DNA from: an uncultured archaeon
GTDB taxonomy: Archaea > Asgardarchaeota > Lokiarchaeia > Sigyniarchaeales > SOKP01
Assembly (NCBI GenBank): GCA_964388035.1
Contig: CAYLZE010000071.1
Location: forward strand, 1 to 21,648
Direction of reading: 5' to 3'
Length of the DNA: 21,648 nt
The position numbers were made by a program, and so were the translations under genes. Shown here in pieces: positions 1-7,340 of this stretch (positions are counted from its first letter, which is position 1; each line of letters begins with the position of its first letter). The notes beneath the pieces are model-generated. The model did not search any database. It was not told the DNA's origin and saw only the letters and a program-made list of their open reading frames with translations.

Positions 1-242
1 TACTCTGTAAACAATTAAGATGTTAAAGAGTCTCGATGCTTTATTTCTTTTTTAATCGCTAATTACAGTCAAAAATCTAAAAAAGATCCTTATATTTCTC
101 TTTTATTTGATCTAAAAGAGCTTTTTTAACTTTTTCATTCATTTTATAAAGCCTTTTTCTTATCTCAGGAATTTCTTCTAAGGATTTTTCTTCCCTTAAA
201 AGACCATTTCCTCGGGAGTACATGTAATTCATATCTTTTTCT
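1..242. repeat. Diverged direct repeat, copy A (PIN gene tail + small ORF + downstream non-coding DNA); probably extends left of the window
   Basis: Colinear with 2656-2897. Examples: tactctgtaaacaattaagat vs tactctttaaataattaagat; aaaaagatccttat in both; ttctaaggatttttctt in both; cctcgggagtacat vs cctcgggagtccat. Confidence 0.9.
77..223 (-). CDS. Small (48 aa) charged helical protein overlapping the end of a PIN gene; possible TA-associated partner
   Basis: MYSRGNGLLREEKSLEEIPEIRKRLYKMNEKVKKALLDQIKEKYKDLF. The ATG at 223 has an in-frame counterpart in repeat copy B (2879, MDSRGNDLLRKEKSLEE). Confidence 0.45.
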   Translation of the reverse strand: MYSRGNGLLREEKSLEEIPEIRKRLYKMNEKVKKALLDQIKEKYKDLF

Positions 243-385
243 TTTAATTTTGTATTTAAGTTTTTAAGTCGATATATTGTACTAAATTTAACAATATGAG
301 TTAAATTCCAACTTACAATTGCGTCCAATTTATATTTAGTTGCGATAGCAATATGAAGTGCGTCATAATAATATTTCTCAGAATT
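196..385 (-). pseudogene. C-terminal remnant of a PIN-domain (VapC-like) toxin, 5'-truncated and frameshifted
   Basis: Reads EKYYYDALHIAIATKYKLDAIVSWNLTHIVK, a typical PIN C-terminal DALHIA..SWN..HIV motif. The terminal 'TCTPEEMVF*' lies in another frame after a 1-nt insertion near 228. No PIN N-terminal D-motif is recognisable upstream. Confidence 0.75.
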
Positions 386-835
386 GAATCTGAATTTAAA
401 ACTAAGTAATTTGAATATTGAAAAATAATGGGATTTAACTATATTAAGTAAAAAATGTAAGGATCTAAGAATTCCTCTTTTCATTCGTAGCACGGGGAAA
501 TATTTTTAAGAAAAAAATCCACCGAGTTCTTTATAATCTTTGCTGAATTTTCCCAATCACAACTGAATTATTTAGAGATTAAGAATGCTGCTGATAAAAT
601 GCATGAGGATAAAGACTGAAACTTTTGAAATCATTGAGTAAGAATTTTGCTTCTCCTCTTAATTAAGGATAAATTTGATTAAGTAAAATGCAATAAATGT
701 AAAGCATCATTGATTTATTTGCGAATTAATTGTTCAAGTTAAAAACTATTTTATCAGAATTTAACCAAAGATGATTTTTATGAGTTTTTTTTAATTACTA
801 ATATCGATATCAGTATTGAAAGGAAAAGCTATTCA

Positions 836-1369
836 TCATTTCTTTAAATCTTTAGCCTTGTCCAACAGTTTTTTATAATGTGATTTCTCCAACCATAATC
901 CTGTTTCAATCATCTCATCTAATAATTCCTTAAACTCTTGAATATCATTTAGAATTTCCATTTCGAGAGCATCAAGAAGAATTTCAGAACTCCATTTAGT
1001 CTTGATACCTTTTGATTCCGCGATTAATCTAGCTTTTTTATCATTAATGAGAAGAAAATCTGCATTTAGCTCCAAACTAAGAGCTATAGCATATGCTTCT
1101 CCACGCCCTAACTCTTTAGTAAGGTTTAAAGCAATTTCATAATATTTTTGCACATCTGGATCTTTAACAATCAACCATCCCTCTTCTTTAGCATTGATTT
1201 CATATTTAATATCTTGTGGTATATCCTCTTCTGCTCTAAAAAGAGGATATATTAGTTCATCCCAAACGGCGAAAGGAATAAAAATACTTGAATATAATTC
1301 TTTTAATAATGATAGTTTCCCAATTTTTGCATAAAATATTAAAGGTGCAGTATCGGAAACTACTATCAT
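836..1369 (-). CDS. PIN-domain protein, DUF3368-like (type II TA toxin, VapC-like nuclease)
   Basis: N-terminal MIVVSDTAPLI, IFIPFAVWDE, LGRGEAYAIALSLE, LLINDKKARLIA; lies 9 bp downstream of a UPF0175-like gene. Confidence 0.9.
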   Translation of the reverse strand: MIVVSDTAPLIFYAKIGKLSLLKELYSSIFIPFAVWDELIYPLFRAEEDIPQDIKYEINAKEEGWLIVKDPDVQKYYEIALNLTKELGRGEAYAIALSLELNADFLLINDKKARLIAESKGIKTKWSSEILLDALEMEILNDIQEFKELLDEMIETGLWLEKSHYKKLLDKAKDLKK

Positions 1370-1378
1370 TATAATAAT

Positions 1379-1603
1379 TTAAATGTGAATTGGGATTCTT
1401 GCTTTAGCACGGATACTGTCCATTTCACGATATGATAATCGTGCGATTTCAGAAGCCTTTCCGATGGATATCTCTCCTCGCATGTATAATTCCAAAGCAT
1501 CTTGGGTGGCTTTTGGAAGCGATTTAAAGTATTCCCAATCAATAGGTTTTATTAAATCCTCTTGATTGAACCAATACTGTGATAAATTACTTTTTTGAAC
1601 CAT
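1379..1603 (-). CDS. UPF0175-family antitoxin (HTH)
   Basis: ALELYMRGEISIGKASEIARLS matches the family pattern; 74 aa; directly upstream of the PIN toxin. Confidence 0.85.
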   Translation of the reverse strand: MVQKSNLSQYWFNQEDLIKPIDWEYFKSLPKATQDALELYMRGEISIGKASEIARLSYREMDSIRAKARIPIHI

Positions 1604-2045
1604 TATAATTATCCACTATTTTTGTTTAATAAATAATAGACAATTCAAGTATTAATTTTTTATGGATAAAGTATTTCAAAGGCGAATTTTTACATCAACT
1701 GCATAAATTTAACTAATTTTGTTCTATCAAATCAATCAAGTTAAGAATTTAGCCCCTGCCTATTCATATTCGCATTTTTTTTTGGTTTTACAATAGCCGA
1801 GATTTATTGAACTTTTCTAATTTTTCTTAAATGAGCCTATACTAGATTACAATTTTACTGAATTATATCCTTATATATAATTTATACAACACCAATTTTA
1901 ATTGATTATAAAAGTAGAACTAGAAAGCACTTCTATCATTTCCCACTTAATAGAAAATATCCAATAATAAATCAAAAATTAAACCTTTCCTCGATTTTCA
2001 ATCAATATAATCGCTCCGATAAAGGTAAGTGATTTCCGGATATGG

Positions 2046-2478
2046 CTATGTATCCTTAGTTATATAGTTCCCCTTGATTAAATCTAAGATCTCCGAGATA
2101 TGTTTGGGATCAATTTCTGGAAAAAAACTATAAATAAGTTTTACCAGAGTTATCTGAATATGTCCATTGCCGGGTATCCCACTCATTTTTAATACACCCC
2201 GCATTGCCCTACATAATGAAATGTTGTTTACCTTTATCCTTAAGTTCTATTTTTTCAAATTCCTCAATAATTGCATTCAACTCTTTATCAGCATGCCACA
2301 TTAATTTAGGAATCGACCACCCTTCCATTTCCTTGTATAAATTATAATTATGCACATCCATAATCGCTAACTCATCCATTCCAACCTGTAAATCACCATA
2401 ATTGCCGATTTTTATACCCTTAAAGACCAGAACATCAACATCGGCGATGCAAAATGGGTAAAAGATTATGTTTTGCAC
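2046..2478 (-). pseudogene. Probable decayed gene fragment of unknown function
   Basis: 89-aa ORF (2209-2478) whose protein-like text appears to continue in another frame (..SLCRAMRGVLKMSGIPGNGHIQITLVKLIYSFFPEIDPKHISEILDLIKG..). No family recognised. Confidence 0.3.
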
Positions 2479-2655
2479 GATCTTGCTGAACTCTTGAGAG
2501 AGAAAGATGTAAGGGAATAAGGTGATGTTCTAAGCGATCTTTGAAGTCTGGAACCCTATATTCATTATAAAGGAGATGTTCATCTTTCTAAAAACCTAAT
2601 CCCATAGAATTTAGGAATATAATCTCCCTAAATAAATTATTTCCGCTGACAAAAG

Positions 2656-2897
2656 TACTCTTTAAATAATTAAGATTTTTATAAGTCTCGATTCTTTATT
2701 TCTTTATTAATTGAAAATTATTATAAACAATTCTGAAAAAGATCCTTATTTTTCTCTATAACTTAATCTAAAAGATCTTTTTAAACTTTTTCATCCATTT
2801 TATAAAGTTTTTCTCTTAACTCATGAATCTCTTCTAAGGATTTTTCTTTCCTTAAAAGATCATTCCCTCGGGAGTCCATATCATCAAATCTTTTTCT
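2656..2897. repeat. Diverged direct repeat, copy B
   Basis: Colinear with 1-242 at an offset of about 2655 bp. Confidence 0.9.
2723..2897 (-). pseudogene. Second remnant of the PIN tail + small ORF
   Basis: PIN tail EKDLMIWTPEGMIF* is in a single frame. The small ORF reads MDSRGNDLLRKEKSLEEIHELREKLYKMDEKV*KDLLD*VIEKNKDLF, with two premature stops. Confidence 0.8.
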
Positions 2898-3299
2898 TCA
2901 TTTTCAAAAAAGTTTAAAATATATACTTTTATTTTCTAAATGGCTAATTTTTTTAGATATAACAAGTTCTAATTTCTCGCAGAAAGGGATTTTAGGTTTA
3001 TAATCATACGGTGAAATTTATTTGATTTTGTAAAAATCATAATTGTACTAATATGTTACTATTAGAAGGGAGTCTTGTGATCTAGTTAGATATTAAAAAA
3101 TATAACCCCTTCTTGTAAATTATTAAATTTAATAGATGAAGGAGCATTAGAATTTTCTTTATATAGAGGGTTCATTTAATAAATCATTTATCTGTATTAC
3201 TAGATGCAAATTTAAATTTCTATTTTTAAAAATTATTATACTAAATTTAGAATAAATGCAATTTATATCTCTCTTAAATTAATTTAAAATGTGAAATAG

Positions 3300-4754
3300 A
3301 TGGATGAAGAAGAACTAAATGAACAGGAAGAAGAAAAACCGAAAGTTGAAACAGAGAAAATAGATAAGAATGGTTTGATAAAAGCTAAAGATTCAAGAGA
3401 TATTATTGATCAAAATTTGCGAACATTAGAGGATAATGTAGAACAGATCTCGAAAAGCATAGAAAAAGGAAAAAGTAATACTGAAGTTGCTGAGAAAGAT
3501 GAATCCTCGGAGAAATCACTTGAAGAAAGTCAAAATATTAAAAAGCAATCAGAAGAATTGTCAAAAAAAAGTGATGAAAAAGAAGAATATTTGAAAAGTT
3601 TACAAGAATCTATCATGGACTTAGAAAAAGAATACAATAGTAAAAAAAAAGAGTTAAATAATCTTGAAGAAACCATTAATATCACAAAAGAGAGCTATAA
3701 TAATCTAAAGGAAGATTATGATAAATTATTAGAAAACAACGAACAATTAGTTAAAAATTATGAATCAAGACAAGTGGATCTAATCGTATTAAATGATGAT
3801 GTTAAAGAAAAAGTAACTCAACGTGATGAGTTGCGTCAAAACATGCAAAAAATTAAAACACAAATAGAAGACCTTGAAAAAGAAAACGATACAAGTAATG
3901 AAGAAACTAAAGCTATAAAAACCAAAATAAACAGTTTAAATGCAGAAAATGAAACGATAAAGGCATCTTTAGAAAAAAATCGCGTGGAATCAGAACAATT
4001 TAACAATTTAATAAAAGCGAAAGAAGAAGAATTAAAAAATTTAAATGATCAAATTCAAAAAAGAGAGAATAGGTTAAAAGAAGTGGAGGATACTCTTACA
4101 AAATACAAAGAAGGATTTCCCGAGATGGAAAAGCAAAAGAATACATATAATGAATTAATTGAAAAATATAAATTACAGACAAATGAATTGCAAGAAAAAG
4201 TTCTCGATTTTCAGTCAGAAATTGAAGATTTAGAAAAAGATAAAACTTCTCAGAAAGAAAAATTAAAGATTCAAGAAGATCTAATCAATGCAAATGAAGT
4301 ACAATTAAAAGAAATTAAAGAAAAAATTGAAAATTCTACGTTAGAATTTAATGAACGTGAAGAGCGATTGAAAGCAACTCGGGAAAAACTTACAGATTTA
4401 ACAGATGAATATAAAAAGCTTCAAAATGCAAAAGAAACGACGGAAAAAAGTATATTAGAAACAAGATCAACATTTCAAGATCTTAAGAAAGAACTGGATA
4501 GACAAGAAAAAGAAATCCGAGATAAGGAAAGCAGGATTCATAGATTAGAAGTATTATCAATAATTTATAGGTCATCAAAATTTTTTGGAGGAATTTTAAT
4601 CTGTGGGGCTATATTTCTACTTTTAATTGGTTTTTTATACTTCTTTGGTATTATTGATTTAGGGCAATTAAATGTTCAATTGATATTTTATATTTCTTTA
4701 ATCAGCTCAATTTTGATGCTGATAAGCGGAATTTTTCATTTGGAGAAATCTTAA
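3300..4754 (+). CDS. Long coiled-coil protein with two C-terminal transmembrane helices (paralog 1)
   Basis: E/K/Q/N-rich heptad pattern over roughly aa 95-420; no signal peptide; no Walker A motif; hydrophobic hairpin at about aa 428-480; paralogous to 9292-10728. Confidence 0.9.
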   Translation: MDEEELNEQEEEKPKVETEKIDKNGLIKAKDSRDIIDQNLRTLEDNVEQISKSIEKGKSNTEVAEKDESSEKSLEESQNIKKQSEELSKKSDEKEEYLKSLQESIMDLEKEYNSKKKELNNLEETINITKESYNNLKEDYDKLLENNEQLVKNYESRQVDLIVLNDDVKEKVTQRDELRQNMQKIKTQIEDLEKENDTSNEETKAIKTKINSLNAENETIKASLEKNRVESEQFNNLIKAKEEELKNLNDQIQKRENRLKEVEDTLTKYKEGFPEMEKQKNTYNELIEKYKLQTNELQEKVLDFQSEIEDLEKDKTSQKEKLKIQEDLINANEVQLKEIKEKIENSTLEFNEREERLKATREKLTDLTDEYKKLQNAKETTEKSILETRSTFQDLKKELDRQEKEIRDKESRIHRLEVLSIIYRSSKFFGGILICGAIFLLLIGFLYFFGIIDLGQLNVQLIFYISLISSILMLISGIFHLEKS

Positions 4755-4809
4755 GTTAGATATGTTAAATTTAATTAAAGAAATAAAAAGATGAGAGATT
4801 GGTGTAAAA

Positions 4810-6762
4810 ATTATTACTCAAAAACCAAAAGGAGTAGAAGAGATAAAAGAATATTCTTTTTCACACAAAATTTCTCTTTTTGATACTATTATTTTAGGCA
4901 TAAGTTCTACAATTGGAGCCTCTATTTTTACTTTAATTGCCCCTGCAACAAAAATAACAGGACCTTCCGTAATTTTAGCTTTTATTTTTAATTTTTTAAT
5001 AGCAATAATTATTGCAGGCAATTATGCAGAAGCCGCAAGTCTAAATCCAATTAACGGCGGTGGATTCAGCTTTATAGAAGAGGCGTATGGAGAGAAAGCT
5101 CTTTTTTTAGGATGGTTGATATGGCTTGGTAATACGAGTTATGCAGCTTTAACTTCATATGTTTTGGGAGAATATCTTCAAATATTATTTCCCCTAATCC
5201 CTCATTTAATTTTTAGTATTTTATTTCTATTACTTTTTACCTTGATTAATTGTATTGGATCAAAAATAGTGTCAACTGTTCAGAAACCTCTTGCTATAGT
5301 TTTAATGATAACACTTATCATTGCTGCTGTATATCTATTTTTAACTCCTATTGATGGAGGATTCGAACCTTTTTTCCCCAATGGGGTTATAGCGATATTT
5401 CCCGCAACGGCTCTATTATTTGTAGCATTTATTGGGTTTGAGGGCATGACAACGATATCTGCTGAGATTGAAAATCCCAAAAAGACAATCCCAAAAGCGT
5501 TATATTTAACAATTATCATTGTAGCAAGTATTTATCTCACTGTTGTTATCGCAATTTTCTTTTCTACAAATGCGGGAAGAATATCGGGAAGTTATGGAGC
5601 ATTAATAGAAGCTGTTAAAAATAACTTTTTTATATCTTTTTGCGTATTTATCGGAGCTATTTTTGCTTTACTTACTTCCTTAAGCGTAGCATTATTGGCA
5701 GCATCGCGAAATATCTATGCACTGGCTAGAGATGATTTTTTGAACAGAATATGGGGTAGTATTAATAAAAGGTATGAATCTCCAATAAAAGCTTTAATTC
5801 TAACTGCCGTTATGGCTATAATGATATTATTTACTGGAGAAGTTGAATTTATTGCATCAATTGCGGATATATCTTATATTTTTGTAGTTGCTGGTGTTGG
5901 TTTAGCAGTCCTTAAGTTTAGAAAAAATTTAAAATATGATGAACAAACATATAAAGTCTTTGGATATCCTTATACCTCATATTTATGTATAATCCTCCCA
6001 ATAATGCTAGTTTTTTTTTTAGAACCCGCAAGTCTTTTCTTAGCATTAGCATGGTTTTTGATTGGAGCAATAATATATTTATTTTTTAGCAGTCAAAAGA
6101 GGATTTTTGGAACAATATTCATGATCGCAGCTTTTCTTTTTTCTTTGATCAATATCATTTTTGGATTAATTGTTCTATCAGTGGGATTAGTGATGTATTT
6201 AATCTCCATTACAGACAGATATTCAATTTTAATTTCATTATCTGGTCTAAAATTTGTAGCTTCTCTGGGGCTTTTGGGAATTTCTTATTTAATATTAAAT
6301 AATGGAATAGTAAAATTAACTTTTTTTCAAAAAACTCCCTTATTATATGCGTTAATTTGGATTTCTATCGTTTCACTCATTACCGTTATTTTTGACATTA
6401 TCCCATTGCGCGAAATTTATTACAGAATAATAAAAAAGGTTAAAAAAGAAAAGGTAGCAATAAATGTTGAAGGAAAAAGTATTATTGATTCTAATACTTT
6501 AGGAACAAAGATTGTATATATCTTAAATTCTTTAATTGGGATTATTCAGATTATTTCGGCTTGTCTTATTTTTTTTGTAGCAATTTTAATAGGATTGGAA
6601 TTAATATCAATATTGCAAATAAGTATTGGATCTGCTATTTTATCTCAAGTAGCCACAGAATATACTTTTATCACTGTTTTAATCTTAGTAGGTTTTACTA
6701 CTCTATTAAGTGGATCTTCATTAATTTTTTTAAATTTTGAAATAAGAAGATTGAACATTTAG
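4810..6762 (+). CDS. APC-superfamily amino acid/polyamine permease with C-terminal membrane extension (paralog 1); true start lies upstream of the ORF-track start
   Basis: The frame is open from 4795 and encodes TM1-TM2 (ISLFDTIILGISSTIGASIFTL..GPSVILAF..YAEAAS..P..GGGFSFIEEAYG) before 5116. Core motifs FVAFIGFE..SAEIENPKKTIPKA and SRNIYALARD. The ATT start at 4810 is inferred. Confidence 0.85.
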   Translation: MITQKPKGVEEIKEYSFSHKISLFDTIILGISSTIGASIFTLIAPATKITGPSVILAFIFNFLIAIIIAGNYAEAASLNPINGGGFSFIEEAYGEKALFLGWLIWLGNTSYAALTSYVLGEYLQILFPLIPHLIFSILFLLLFTLINCIGSKIVSTVQKPLAIVLMITLIIAAVYLFLTPIDGGFEPFFPNGVIAIFPATALLFVAFIGFEGMTTISAEIENPKKTIPKALYLTIIIVASIYLTVVIAIFFSTNAGRISGSYGALIEAVKNNFFISFCVFIGAIFALLTSLSVALLAASRNIYALARDDFLNRIWGSINKRYESPIKALILTAVMAIMILFTGEVEFIASIADISYIFVVAGVGLAVLKFRKNLKYDEQTYKVFGYPYTSYLCIILPIMLVFFLEPASLFLALAWFLIGAIIYLFFSSQKRIFGTIFMIAAFLFSLINIIFGLIVLSVGLVMYLISITDRYSILISLSGLKFVASLGLLGISYLILNNGIVKLTFFQKTPLLYALIWISIVSLITVIFDIIPLREIYYRIIKKVKKEKVAINVEGKSIIDSNTLGTKIVYILNSLIGIIQIISACLIFFVAILIGLELISILQISIGSAILSQVATEYTFITVLILVGFTTLLSGSSLIFLNFEIRRLNI

Positions 6763-6877
6763 GATTAATTTGTCGAATTAATTTTTTAATTTAGGATTTC
6801 TTATCAATAAGAATTCATTATTGATTTATTATTAATCTCGATATATATATCAAAACTACGATTTTTTAAGAATAAAA

Positions 6878-7339
6878 TTGAGTAATCAAAATTTTGAAGA
6901 CTTGCCAAATAATCCCACGGAAGCCCAAGGAATGTTAATAAAAGCAATGTACGCAAAATTTGGAAACAAAGCATTGCCTATTATCAAGGATATTTGCCGA
7001 AAACAAGGCCATGCCTTAGGATTAAAAATAAAGAAAAAACTGCCGGACTCTAAATTATCTACCGTCGCAAATGCTTTTTCTAAAAGCTTCGATCCTGAGC
7101 ATGTTCGGGTACTCGAGATCTCTAAAGATGTCTTTCACATTCAAGGGAATAAGTGCCCTTTTGGGTTAGAAAATACCTCAAGAGAGCTATGTGAAGCTGT
7201 CATGGAAATCGACCACGAATATTTCCGTACTGCCGTGAACGACACGATTTCGCTTAATATAAAAGCAACCGTCGCCGAAGGAGATGCTTATTGCGATACG
7301 ATTTATGAACTTCATTCAAAAAATAAAGTAAGATATTAA
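6878..7339 (+). CDS. L-2-amino-thiazoline-4-carboxylate hydrolase-like / V4R-fold small ligand-binding protein
   Basis: Three-Cys pattern KCPFG..ELCEAVMEID..TVAEGDAYCD, plus N-terminal 'KFG.KALPIIKDI..KQGHALG'; TTG start. Confidence 0.65.
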   Translation: MSNQNFEDLPNNPTEAQGMLIKAMYAKFGNKALPIIKDICRKQGHALGLKIKKKLPDSKLSTVANAFSKSFDPEHVRVLEISKDVFHIQGNKCPFGLENTSRELCEAVMEIDHEYFRTAVNDTISLNIKATVAEGDAYCDTIYELHSKNKVRY

Positions 7340-7340
7340 G

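Noticed and set aside
77-493. 138-aa ORF as a single real protein
   Set aside because: It is a chimera of an unrecognisable N-terminus, a PIN C-terminal remnant and, through a +1 frameshift, the downstream small ORF; repeat copy B shows the original frames.
4818-5519. Minus-strand ORFs 4818-5021 and 5280-5519
   Set aside because: Antisense shadows of permease 1.
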